Shown here piece by piece: positions 9,397 to 19,465 of a stretch of 64,000 nucleotides of DNA. Each line of letters starts with the position of its first letter. Within the stretch, counting starts at the first letter, position 1. Source of the stretch: an uncultured delta proteobacterium (GTDB lineage Bacteria; Myxococcota_A; UBA9160; SZUA-336). Made by a program: the position numbers and the translations under genes. The notes under the pieces are model-generated. The model did no database searches and was not told the DNA's origin. It worked only from the letters and a program-made list of their open reading frames with translations. Location of the stretch: positions 32,001 through 96,000 of the forward strand of contig CAVPHD010000007.1 in assembly GCA_963704165.1 (NCBI GenBank). Direction: 5' to 3'.

Positions 9397-10068
9397 TCAG
9401 TCCTCCAGCACGTAGTCGAAGACGAAGTAGCCGAGCAGAGCGAAGACCCAGTCGTAGAGCGCGAACACCGCCCACCAGAGCGGCGGAACCGCGCGTTCCG
9501 CGAGCGTCGCCGCCATGATGCTCGAGGCGAGCACGAGCACGGGCAGCACGAGCGGGAAGAGCAGCACGGGGAGCAGGAACTCCCGGAAGCGCACCGCGAC
9601 CGACATCGCAGAGAGCAGCGTGCCGAGCGCCGCGAGCCCGAGCACCCCGAGCAGGCCAGCGGCGAGCGAAGCCGGCCATGCGCGGCTCCAGTCCACGTCG
9701 AGAAAGATCGTGAAGAGCAGGCCCGTCCAGAGCAGGACACCGGTCAACGCGAACGCATTCGCACCGGCCTTGCCGAGAAAGACCCAACCGCGATCGACGG
9801 GGGCCTGCACGAGCAGCGCGAATGCCCCGCCTTCGGTCTCGGACTGGAACGAGCGCGCGAGTCCGAGCAACGACGTGAAGAGCATCACGACCCAGAGCAG
9901 GCCCGGCGACCACGCGAGCCGCTCGGCGGGTGACGCCGGCACGACGACGCTGAGCAGGGCGACGACGAGCAGCGCGAAGACCGCCATGTGACCGAGACGA
10001 TCGCGCGTCCGGAAGTCCAGGAGCAGATCCTTCGCCAGAACCGCCCGGGCGACGGAGCTCCCTCTCAC
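9397..10068 (-). CDS. ccmB: Heme exporter permease CcmB
   Basis: Multi-TM protein; REFLLPVLLFPL motif; position in the ccm operon. Confidence 0.9.
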   Translation of the reverse strand: MRGSSVARAVLAKDLLLDFRTRDRLGHMAVFALLVVALLSVVVPASPAERLAWSPGLLWVVMLFTSLLGLARSFQSETEGGAFALLVQAPVDRGWVFLGKAGANAFALTGVLLWTGLLFTIFLDVDWSRAWPASLAAGLLGVLGLAALGTLLSAMSVAVRFREFLLPVLLFPLVLPVLVLASSIMAATLAERAVPPLWWAVFALYDWVFALLGYFVFDYVLED

Positions 10069-10715
10069 GCGCCGGCTCCGTCCTCGATGGCGCGCCCGCC
10101 CTCGAGGCGAAGCGTGCGGTCGAAGCGGGGCCGCGGGCCGCTCGCTTCGTGCGCGGCCACGATCACGATCGCGCCCGAGTCGCGCAGGCGCGCGAGCAGG
10201 AGCGTGAGCCGGTCGGCCGACTCGGAGTCGAGACCGTTCCAGGGCTCGTCGAGCAGGACGAGTTCGGGCGATCCGATCAGCGCGCGCGCCAGCCCCGCAC
10301 GCCTGCGGTAGCCCTGCGAGAGCGTTCGGACGCGGCGGTCGAGCATCGGCCCGAGCTCGAGCTCCGACGCAACACGGTGTAGATCCGCCTCGGGGTGGCC
10401 ACGCAGCTGCGCGCAGAAGCGCAGATTCTCCGCGACCGAGAGCTCGCCGTAGAGCGATGCGTCTTGCCCGAGAAAGCCGACGCGTCCGCGCACCGCCGCG
10501 CCGGCCGCCGAGAACGGATCGACACCGAAGAGCTCTACGCTCCCGCGTGTAGGTCGGGTGAGCGAGCCGAGTGTCCGCAGCAGCGTGCTCTTTCCGGCGC
10601 CGTTCGCACCGGAGAGCCAGACGAGCGTGCCGCGGCCGAAGGAAAGCGAGAGCCGGTCGAGCGCGCGCACGGGGCCGTAGTCCTTGCCCACGTCGCGGAG
10701 CTCGACTTCGCTCAA
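10065..10715 (-). CDS. ccmA: Heme exporter ATPase CcmA
   Basis: GANGAGKST, LSQG, LLDEP; TTG start overlaps the upstream stop. Confidence 0.88.
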   Translation of the reverse strand: MSEVELRDVGKDYGPVRALDRLSLSFGRGTLVWLSGANGAGKSTLLRTLGSLTRPTRGSVELFGVDPFSAAGAAVRGRVGFLGQDASLYGELSVAENLRFCAQLRGHPEADLHRVASELELGPMLDRRVRTLSQGYRRRAGLARALIGSPELVLLDEPWNGLDSESADRLTLLLARLRDSGAIVIVAAHEASGPRPRFDRTLRLEGGRAIEDGAGA

Positions 10716-11962
10716 AGCGCCTTCCCGCAGCTCGCGCAGAAACGATCCCCGGTGCCCGCCGCGCGACCGCAGGTGCACGCGCGCGGAGTCGGCTCGGTTT
10801 CGAGCGCCGATCCGGGCTCGTTGGGCAGTCGCTCGCGCACGAGCGCGACGAGCGCCTCGCGGCGCAGGTCCTCGCGCAGCCGGTTGCGGTCGTCGGGCGA
10901 GAGCTTTCCGGTCTCGAAATCGTGCTCGAGGTCGGCGAGCGCGGCTTCGAGCGCGAGCTTCGCCGGGCTCTCCGCGATGGCCTCGGCCGAAGCCGTTGCG
11001 TCCCGCCGACCCGCGAATGCGAGCGGTCCGGCGACGAAGAAGAGCAGCGCTCCCGCGAGCAGCGCCGCGAGCAGGGCCGTCGCCGCCTGCGGGATTTGTG
11101 GGGTGGGCGACAGGCTGGTCACGCGAAACGGCAGCACGCTGCCGGCTCGAAGCTCGAAGCCGAGAAACGACTGGTAGATCACGTCCTGCTCGCGCGTCGG
11201 GCGAGCCGGATGCAGCATCCCCGCGTCGACGTCGATGCCGAAGTCCTGCACGTAGATCGCGAGCTGATCGACGGCGTCCGGGATCGCGATCGTCGTCTCG
11301 AGGGAGGGTGAAGGCGTCTCGATGTCGTAGGCGAGTTGCAGCGAGAATCCCTCGTCCCCGGGCAGGATCGGGCCGCGGATTTCGGCGACACCGTCGCGGA
11401 TCACGACGCCCTCCGGAAGCCGGCCGAACATGCCTTCGACCTCGCCGTGCCCCGGAGCCAGCCCGACGCGCACGGCGGGCGCCGCATCGGGGCCGACGAT
11501 GACGACCCGGGAGTCCGGGTTCTCGACGACCGCGTTCTGCTGCACGCGCCAGACGCCCGCGCTGCGCGCGATCACCCACTGAAGCGTCTTCAGCTGGAGT
11601 CGGCTCGCGTCGTCGGTGGTGTCGTAGACGTGGAAGTCGATCGTCTGAGGGATCTCCGGCTCACCCGGTCGGAAGACGGCGCTCCCGCCCGGGAAGACCA
11701 CCTCGCCGTAACGCGCCCGCACCAGGTACGCGGCGGGAGCGGGGAGGTCTTCGAAGACGTATCTCCCGCTCGCATCGGAACGGGTCTCGCGCGTGATCGT
11801 CCGTTCCGTGTCGTCGATTCCGATCGCCTGCACGGTCAAGCCCGACGCGGCCCCGGGCTTCGAGGCGTGAACGATGCGGCCGGTGATCTCGGCGGCGCGC
11901 GCCGGGGCGACACCGAGGAGCGCCGCGCAGAGAAGGAGCCCGAGCGTGCGCGAAACGATCAA
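10712..11962 (-). CDS. ccm-associated membrane protein: exported beta-sandwich domain, TM, CcmI-like helix, C-terminal Zn ribbon
   Basis: Signal peptide, TM, LADLEHDFETGKL, CTC...FCASCG; translationally coupled between ccmF and ccmA. Confidence 0.7.
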   Translation of the reverse strand: MIVSRTLGLLLCAALLGVAPARAAEITGRIVHASKPGAASGLTVQAIGIDDTERTITRETRSDASGRYVFEDLPAPAAYLVRARYGEVVFPGGSAVFRPGEPEIPQTIDFHVYDTTDDASRLQLKTLQWVIARSAGVWRVQQNAVVENPDSRVVIVGPDAAPAVRVGLAPGHGEVEGMFGRLPEGVVIRDGVAEIRGPILPGDEGFSLQLAYDIETPSPSLETTIAIPDAVDQLAIYVQDFGIDVDAGMLHPARPTREQDVIYQSFLGFELRAGSVLPFRVTSLSPTPQIPQAATALLAALLAGALLFFVAGPLAFAGRRDATASAEAIAESPAKLALEAALADLEHDFETGKLSPDDRNRLREDLRREALVALVRERLPNEPGSALETEPTPRACTCGRAAGTGDRFCASCGKAL

Positions 11963-13939
11963 GAAGCGCGCTCCTGTGCCGATTTCGCGCGCTTGCCCAT
12001 CGGCCAGAGCAGGAGCGTGTTCCCGAATACGAAGACGAAGCCGCCGATCCAGATCCAGTTCACGAGCGGATTGATGTAGACCTTCAGCGCGGCGCTCTGG
12101 TCCGGCTCGAGTCCGGCGAGGATCACGTAGAAGTCCTCGATCGGGCCCGACAACACCGCCGGAATCGTGGTCGGCTGCTCCTGCTGAAAATACATGCGCT
12201 TCTCGGGAAGGAGCATTCCCACGGGCTCGGAGTCCCGGTACAGCGCGAGCCGTGCGACCGCGCCGGCGTAGTGGGGGTGCTCGACCGGTCGCACCTGCCG
12301 GTACTGCACGGTGTAACGCCCCAGCGTCCAGCTCTCGCCGGGCCGGAGCAGCTTCGTCTCTTCGAGATTGAACGTCGCGCCGGCGAATCCGACGAACATC
12401 AGGATCACCGCGAGGTGCACGACGTATCCGCCGTAGCGCCGTTGGTTCCGCCGCAGGAGCTCGCCGAACGCGACGAGCGGATTCTCACCGCGTCTCATGC
12501 GTGAACGGATTCCGCGCGCGTACTCCTCGCCGATCGTCGCCGTGACGAAGGCGCACAACGAGAGGAACGCGATCGGGTAGAAACGCCGCATGCCGAACGC
12601 GACGAGCAGCGCCGCTGCGACCAGCGACAGGCCGGCGGGCCAGAGGAAGCTCTTGCGCAGGTTGACCCAGGTCGCGCGCCGCCACGCGACGAGCGGGCCG
12701 ATCCCCGTCAGGAAGAGGAGAAAGATCGAAACCGGTCCCGCGTAGCGCTGGAAGAACGGCGGCCCGATCTGGACCTTCACGCCGGTGATCGCCTCCGAGA
12801 AGACCGGAAAGAGCGTGCCGTAGAACACGATCACGAGCAGCGCGATAAAGACGTAGTTGTTGAGCAGGAACGACGCTTCGCGCGAGACGATCGAGTCGAG
12901 ACGCGTCTGGCTTCGGAGCTCGGGCACGCGGCGGATCAGCAGCGCGGCGTAGCCGACGGCCAGCACGAGTACGTAGCCGAGAAAGAGCTGCCCGAACCAG
13001 CCCGCATTCGCGAAGCTGTGCACCGACTGGACGACTCCGCTTCGCGTCAGGAACGTGCCGAAGACGCAGAGCGTGTAGGCCAGTCCGATCAGCGCGAAGT
13101 TCCAGACCTTCAGCATGCCGCGCTTTTCCTGGATCATGACCGAGTGGAGAAACGCGGTGCCCGCGAGCCAGGGCATGAGCGAGGAGTTCTCGACCGGATC
13201 CCAGGCCCAGTAGCCGCCCCAGCCGAGCACTTCGTAGGCCCAGCGCCCGCCCGATCATCAGGCCGATGCCGAGGAAGAACCACGCCGTGAGCGACCAGCG
13301 CCGCGTGGACTCGAACCAGGCCGTACCGAGCTCACCGGTGATCAACGCGGCCGAAGCGAACGCGAACGGCACCGAGAACCCGATGAAGCCCACGTAGAGA
13401 ATCGGCGGGTGAATCAGCATCGCCGGATGCTGCAGCAGCGGGTTCATGCCCTGACCGCTCGACCAGGCCGAGCCCGGCGGCTGCGCGTCGAACGGGTTCG
13501 AGACGAACGTCACGAGCGCTGCGAAGAAGACGACGTTCAGCATCATCACCGCGACGACCCACGGCACCAGCACGCGATTCCGGCGCCGGTTCTGCACGAC
13601 GACCAGGAACGCCATCACGGCGAGCATCCACGTCCACAGGAGCAGAGAGCCGGCCTGCCCGCCCCAGAGGGCGACCTTGAAGATCCACGGCTGCTCCCGC
13701 GTCGAGATCTGCGCGACGAACGCCAGGTCGAATCGGTCGCCGAGAAGCGCGGCCTCGAGTCCGAGCATCGACAGCGTGAGCAGAACGAAGACCGCGATCA
13801 CGCCGCGCTCGGCGCTCCGGGTCTGTTGCGGGTTGCGGCGCAGTCCGCCGAGCACGCCGAGCACGCCCGCGTAGAGCGCGAAGAAGACGGACAGGTAGAG
13901 GGCAAGACCTCCGAACGCGACGAGCAGACTGACGATCAA
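11959..13939 (-). CDS. ccmF: Cytochrome c heme lyase CcmF (frameshift ~13250)
   Basis: NPLLQHP...IHPP in one frame; WGGYWAWDPVEN and SVHSF in the other. Confidence 0.93.
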
Positions 13940-13973
13940 GCGGACTCCGGACAGCGCCGTTGGGCGCCCTTGC

Positions 13974-14393
13974 CTAGGTGCTTTGGCCGGGCGGCTTCGT
14001 TTCGTACTTCGAAGGGCACTTCGCCATCACGCGTTCGGCCAGAAAGGTGCCGGAATCGTAGCGCCCTTCGACGACGACCTCGGCCCCGTCCTTGAACAGA
14101 TCCGGCACGTCGATGCCCAGGTAGCGGACCGAGAGCACGTTCTGGCCCGCCGAATCGGCGACCTCGAAGTCCACGTGCCCCGCGGGAAGGTTCTTCGCGA
14201 TCGAGCCCGAAACGACGAATCCGTGCACGTGGGCGGGCTGGTTGGTGGTTTCCGCGCTCGGAGCGTTGGTGAACGACCCGACGTCCGAGTAGTACCGAAA
14301 CGTGCCCTCTCCCGAGGAGACGAGCGTCAACACCAGCGCGAGCCCCGCACAGACCGAGAACGCTGCGAGCGTGATCTGCACGCCTTTGGTCAT
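13974..14393 (-). CDS. ccmE: Heme chaperone CcmE, CxxxY variant
   Basis: N-terminal anchor, PDLFKDG...VVVEG, AKCPSKY. Confidence 0.92.
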   Translation of the reverse strand: MTKGVQITLAAFSVCAGLALVLTLVSSGEGTFRYYSDVGSFTNAPSAETTNQPAHVHGFVVSGSIAKNLPAGHVDFEVADSAGQNVLSVRYLGIDVPDLFKDGAEVVVEGRYDSGTFLAERVMAKCPSKYETKPPGQST

Positions 14394-14483
14394 TTGAACC
14401 CCCGTGCAGCCCCGTGCGGGAATCGGCAGCGAGGCTAACTTCGGCCCCAAGCAGCGTCAATTGCGGCGCACGAGGAACGCAGC

Positions 14484-15092
14484 TTGGACGCAGACCTCGC
14501 GATCGATGCCGCCGACCGGAGCCTGTTCCCGACCGCGGGCCTGCCCGAGGTCGCCATCATCGGGCGCTCGAACGTCGGCAAATCGACGCTGATCAACAAG
14601 CTGGTCGGGCGCAAGGGACTCGCGCGCACGAGCGGTTCGCCCGGACGAACGCGGCGCGTCCACTTCTACCTCGTCGAGAAGCGCATGTACCTGGTCGATC
14701 TGCCGGGATACGGTTACGCGGCGATCAGCAAGCAGGAGCGCCGTGCGTTCGCGCCGCTCGTCGATTCCTACCTCGAGGACGGGCGAGCGTCCCTGCGGGG
14801 CGCGCTGGTCCTGGTCGACGTGCGCCGCGGCGCGCAGGACGAGGAGCGGGAGCTCGTCGCATGGCTGCGCGAGGTCGGGATCGACGCGCGCGCGGTACTG
14901 ACCAAGTGCGACAAGCTCGGGCGCAGCGAGCTCGAGCGCGCGCGCCGGGAGCTCGCGACGTCGGTCTCGCTTCCGCTCGAGCACGTCGCCGCGGTCTCGG
15001 GCAAGACCGGCGCCGGGCTCGGCGCTCTCGCGGCCTGGCTGCTCGCGTGGAGCGGACTCGAGTTCCGCCGCCCCGACGGCCTGCCACTCTGA
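14484..15092 (+). CDS. engB: Ribosome biogenesis GTPase EngB/YihA
   Basis: GRSNVGKS, PGRT, DLPGYG, TKCDK; start uncertain. Confidence 0.93.
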   Translation: MDADLAIDAADRSLFPTAGLPEVAIIGRSNVGKSTLINKLVGRKGLARTSGSPGRTRRVHFYLVEKRMYLVDLPGYGYAAISKQERRAFAPLVDSYLEDGRASLRGALVLVDVRRGAQDEERELVAWLREVGIDARAVLTKCDKLGRSELERARRELATSVSLPLEHVAAVSGKTGAGLGALAAWLLAWSGLEFRRPDGLPL

Positions 15093-15126
15093 GCGCGTAG
15101 AGTCGAGGCGAGCGCGCTGCGGACCT

Positions 15127-16731
15127 TCACGACGAAGACGCGGACGAAGCGGCTCTCGTGTCGATTCCACTGCGGGGCGGACGCCGCGGACGCGCGAGCA
15201 ACCCGAGAGCGCCGACGAGCGACACCGGTCCGAGCCAGTCGCCGAGCGAGAGCGCGATCGAGTCGCGTCGGCCGGGCGGGACCGACGCGAGCAGCGCGCC
15301 GCGCGCGCCGACCTGCATCGAGGCCGTGATCTCTCCACTCGCGTCGATCGAGGCCGAGATCCCCGTCGGCGTCGCGCGGATCTGGGGCGTCCGGGTCTCG
15401 ATGCTTCGAAACGCCGAGACGATCAGGTGCAGGTGGGGACCCTCGCCGCCGTCGAACCACGAGTCGTTCGAGAGGGTGAGCAAGAGCTCAGCGCCCTCTC
15501 GAACGGCCGCGCGCGCGTGCGCAGGCGCGAGCGCGTCGTAGCAGATCATCGGCGCGACGCGCAGCGTGCGGCCGTCGCCGAGTCGAAGCGGCACGACCTC
15601 GGCACCGGGGCCTGCGTGCCACGATCCGAGCCAGGGCAGGGCGTCGCGAAGCCACGGGGAATCCATCCAGCCGGGCACGCGCTCCGTCAGCGGAAAGAGC
15701 TTTGTCTTGCGGTAGGTCGCGAACGACGCGCGGTCATCGGTCTGCGCGTCGAGGAAGATCGCGGCGTTGAACTCGGCTCCCGCCTCCCGATCGTAGGCGC
15801 CGAAGACGAGCGGTAGACCGGTCGACCGCGCGAACGCCGCGATCGCGCGGTCGGCGACCGCGCCGGCCTCGCTCTTGGGCGAGCCGAACGTGGTCGGGTA
15901 GATCGTCTCGGGCCAGACGATCAGATCGACCTCGGCGCGTGAGATCGCGTCGGCCGAGAGCGCGAAGTGCGTGTCGAGGATCGCTCGTACCGCTTCGAAA
16001 CTTCCGAGCGCGTCGCGAAGTTTCTCGTAGCCGCGCAGATTCGCCTGGATCACGGCCGCGCGGACGAGCGGATCCCGTGCGTTCGAGTCCACGAAGTCCG
16101 ATGTGCGCCACGCGCCGTAGACCGATAGGAAGGCGACGATCGCGACGAAGGCGAGCGCGCCGCGGAAGCGCGCGCGAAGCGCAGAAAGCGCCGCTTCGTT
16201 CGCGAGCAGGAGCGCGAGCGTGAGCCCCGCGGGACCCGCGAGGTCCGCGCCCTGGCGCAGCCAGGCGGAGGCGTGCAGGCCGTGACCGAGCGTGTCGCCG
16301 AGCAGCTTCGGCGCGAGCCACTCCGTGAACACCCACGCGAAGGAGGCGGCGAGCGCGGCACGCGACTCGCCAACACGCGCGCGCGCGGAGAACCGCACGA
16401 CCGAGAACACGACGAGCTGGGGTTGGAGAAGTGGTGCCAGCAGCACGAGCAGGCCGAGGGTCGCTGCGCGCGACATCCCGGTGTACGCGGCGAGCGCGTC
16501 GGCGAACCAGGCGAAGACCGCGAGGGCGAAGCCGACCGAGAGCGCGACCGCCGCGCCGACGGCGCCACGCAACGAGCGCGTGCGGTCGAGCAGCGCGAGA
16601 AACGGCACGAGCGCGACGAAGCCGAGCAGAGGCGTCGGCCAGGCCACGCGCGAGTAGACGGCCAACGAGAGGGCGCTCGCTCCGACCGCGCCGAGAGCGA
16701 GCCCGATCGTGCGCGCGGGGACTCGACTCAG
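15127..16731 (-). CDS. lnt: Apolipoprotein N-acyltransferase family protein
   Basis: N-terminal TMs and nitrilase triad WPET / YRKTKLFP / ICYD; start is CTG 16731 (overlapping upstream stop) or TTG 16665. Confidence 0.85.
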   Translation of the reverse strand: MSRVPARTIGLALGAVGASALSLAVYSRVAWPTPLLGFVALVPFLALLDRTRSLRGAVGAAVALSVGFALAVFAWFADALAAYTGMSRAATLGLLVLLAPLLQPQLVVFSVVRFSARARVGESRAALAASFAWVFTEWLAPKLLGDTLGHGLHASAWLRQGADLAGPAGLTLALLLANEAALSALRARFRGALAFVAIVAFLSVYGAWRTSDFVDSNARDPLVRAAVIQANLRGYEKLRDALGSFEAVRAILDTHFALSADAISRAEVDLIVWPETIYPTTFGSPKSEAGAVADRAIAAFARSTGLPLVFGAYDREAGAEFNAAIFLDAQTDDRASFATYRKTKLFPLTERVPGWMDSPWLRDALPWLGSWHAGPGAEVVPLRLGDGRTLRVAPMICYDALAPAHARAAVREGAELLLTLSNDSWFDGGEGPHLHLIVSAFRSIETRTPQIRATPTGISASIDASGEITASMQVGARGALLASVPPGRRDSIALSLGDWLGPVSLVGALGLLARPRRPPRSGIDTRAASSASSS

Positions 16732-17396
16732 AAGGATGGACCCGAGTCACCCTCACCGGTCTCTGGTGCGAGCCACTCGATCGGCATGTCCTCGGGGGCG
16801 TACTCCGGCGGCACGACGCGGTCGGCGGGGATCTCGATCCGCGCGCCGTTCTCGTCGACCCAGTCGAAATCGGGATGGAACATCAGGATCGCCGGAAGGG
16901 GCAGTCCTTCGTCCGTCACCTGATGGTGTCGCACGTAGCCCTCGGGCAGGGGGAAGTCCTCGGGCACGACGAGCCCGCGCAGGATCGGATCCGTGCCGGG
17001 CGGGGGGAAGAGCGCCATGCCGCTCTTCGGGCTCCCGGGAGGGGAGAGAGTGTAGGTGGGCTCGTTTGCGAGCTTGCGCTCGAGTTCCCTTTCCCCGGAC
17101 TCGTCCGCGGGATCGGGCGCGGTCGCCGGCGCGGGTGTGATTCGCACGGGATGACCGACCGGCTTTCCGGTGACGCGCGATCCGGGCGCGGCGCTCGGTT
17201 CGGCGGCGGTCTTGCCGGTTTCGGGAACGGGCGGCTCCGGGTCCGCGGCGTCGGGCTCCGCGCGCCACAAGAGGACGATCAATCCGACGACCGCACAGAG
17301 TCCGAGACCGAGTCTGGCCAGCTTGCGCGGCGCTCGCGTGTCGATGACCCTGATCCCGTCATCGCCGTTCCGGGAGTGTTCGGTCGTCCTACGCAT
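16728..17396 (-). CDS. Membrane-anchored hypothetical protein (Pro-rich linker, globular C-terminal domain)
   Basis: One TM, linker, then FPPPGT...GYVRHHQVTDEG...ILMFHPD. Confidence 0.75.
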   Translation of the reverse strand: MRRTTEHSRNGDDGIRVIDTRAPRKLARLGLGLCAVVGLIVLLWRAEPDAADPEPPVPETGKTAAEPSAAPGSRVTGKPVGHPVRITPAPATAPDPADESGERELERKLANEPTYTLSPPGSPKSGMALFPPPGTDPILRGLVVPEDFPLPEGYVRHHQVTDEGLPLPAILMFHPDFDWVDENGARIEIPADRVVPPEYAPEDMPIEWLAPETGEGDSGPSF

Positions 17397-18270
17397 GAGT
17401 TCGCGCGCATCATATGACGGCCGAGGCGCATCGGCCAAGCCGCGCGCGCTCCCGCGCGTCGCGCGTTTCTCGGTGGCGGCGCTCGACCTCGCCGCCTGGA
17501 TCGGTCTCGCGTGGCTCGCCGTGGCCGTGCTGCTCGCCGACGATCCGCCCGTCACGCCGCCGATGCTGCTGCGCGCCTTCGTGCTCTTCGTCGCGCTCCC
17601 CGCCGGTGTCGCAGTCCTGATCGCGCGCGAGTTCGCCGCCGAGGTGCGACTGCACGGTCCGGACCTGATCATCGCGGGCCGCCGCCGCCGTCTCGAGGTC
17701 CCGCTCGCTTCGATCGAGCGGGTTCGCGCCTGGCGCCTTCCACTGCCGCTGCCGGGCTTCTCCATCGAGCTGCGTTCGGGGCGGTGGCTCGGTTGGGCGA
17801 TCGGTTCCCGCGACCCGATGCCGATCCTGCGCGAGCTCGAGCGCGCCGGCGTGCCCGGTGCCGCCGAGGCGTGCTCGGGATGTCTCGCGCGCTGGACCGC
17901 GTCGCGCGCCGCCTTCGCGCAGCCGGGTCCGACGCGCCTTTTCCTGAAGTTCCCCGGCTTCGCGCTGCTGCCGACGGCGCTGCTCTTCAACGTGCACCAG
18001 CAGATCGCGTACGGCGGCTTCCGGGGCGAGTACTACCTGCTCGGCCTGCAGTCGTACCTCGCGACGTTCGCGACCTACTGGGCTGCGACGACGGTGTACC
18101 TGCTGATCTTCGCCGCCTTCCTCCGCGCGTTTGCCGAGGTCAGCTGTCTCGGAGTGACGTGCGCCGCGCCCTCTCGGGCCGAGAGGGCGCGGCGCCGTGC
18201 GGAGCTCGCCTGCAGGGTCGGCTACTACGCCGGGGTACCGCTGGTCCTGCTGCTCCGCTTTCTTCCCTGA
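17395..18270 (+). CDS. Multi-pass membrane hypothetical protein
   Basis: About 5 hydrophobic segments; HQQIAYGG..GEYY motif; start uncertain. Confidence 0.7.
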   Translation: MSSRASYDGRGASAKPRALPRVARFSVAALDLAAWIGLAWLAVAVLLADDPPVTPPMLLRAFVLFVALPAGVAVLIAREFAAEVRLHGPDLIIAGRRRRLEVPLASIERVRAWRLPLPLPGFSIELRSGRWLGWAIGSRDPMPILRELERAGVPGAAEACSGCLARWTASRAAFAQPGPTRLFLKFPGFALLPTALLFNVHQQIAYGGFRGEYYLLGLQSYLATFATYWAATTVYLLIFAAFLRAFAEVSCLGVTCAAPSRAERARRRAELACRVGYYAGVPLVLLLRFLP

Positions 18271-18274
18271 CTCT

Positions 18275-19359
18275 CTACGGTGTCGCTGGGTTGAAGACCG
18301 AGAGCGCCCAGCCCATGCGCTCGTGACCGAGCCGGTTCCAGACCGGGTTCTGGCCGTTGACGATCTGGGCGTCCGTGTAGTCGGGCGCGCCCGAGCCCGA
18401 CCCGCTCCCGCCGATCAACCCGAGGTACTGCGTCGAGCCCGTGTAGGTCGGATGCGTGTTGTCGGACTGGATGTAGTCGTAGCTCGTGCCCGCGCTCGTG
18501 AACTTCGCGTTCGCGTCGCGCAGCGTCGCCCGGTACGTGGTCGTGATCTTCGTGACGTAGGCGCTCTCGGACTCGCCCTGCACGTAGGCGATCGCCGCCG
18601 AGTCGACCAGGCCGTCGCCGTTCGAGTCGTAGTCCGCCGCCATGTACTGCGCGAAGCTGTCCGCGCACGCGAAGCCGTAGGTGTTCGCGAAGTTGCACGC
18701 GCGCCAGTTCATGCGCGCGAGGTACGGCAGGAACACGTTCTGCTTGTTCGGGCGCTGGCCCGTGCTCGAATCCGTGCACTTCGCGAGCCCGTTGTCGGCG
18801 TCGTAGCCGGGGTAGTACAGGTTCGCGACGACTTGAGCTTCACGTTCGCGTGCGCGTTGGCGTTGATGTACTGCATCGCGAGCTGCGTGTAGGTCGTGCA
18901 GTTGTTCAGCGCCGTCTTCAGCGGACCGTAGTTGCACGTGCCGCTCTGGCCGGCGAAGCTCGAGCGCGCCTGCAGGCCGTCGTTGCCGCACATCTCGAAG
19001 GTGACGACGCGCGTGGTCGAGGTCTGCATGTACGAGCGTTCTTTGACGATCTTGTTGTTGTAGATGTCCGACGCCACCGCGCCGGACTTCGCACGCCGCA
19101 CCACCTCGATGTCGGCGTTCCAGAGCTTGGAGAGGTACTCGCCGTCGACGACGGGTGCCGCGCGTCTCGCGACGCGAGAGAGCGAGCCGTAGTAGCCGGC
19201 GTAGATCGAATCGCCGTACGCGACGACGCGGTACTTCGTCGTCGTGCCGGCGCGATCGATCGTCCACGACAGGTTCTGCGTGAGCGTGTTCGCGAGCGGT
19301 TGTGAGCCGAACCCCAGAGCCCCGATCAGCACGAAAGACGCAAGGATCCTGATACGCAA
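18275..19359 (-). CDS. Secreted SGNH/GDSL hydrolase (frameshift ~18830)
   Basis: Signal peptide, YGDS, GND and DNTHP; GGAGGG RBS before TTG 19359. Confidence 0.85.
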
Positions 19360-19465
19360 GGAATCTCCCTCCACGAATCGTTTCCGGATCGCAGCCACCG
19401 CACTCCCCCGCGCGGTGTCCGCGGAATTGTGTCACGGGATCCGGCGTCGGAAAGGGGAAATTTCG

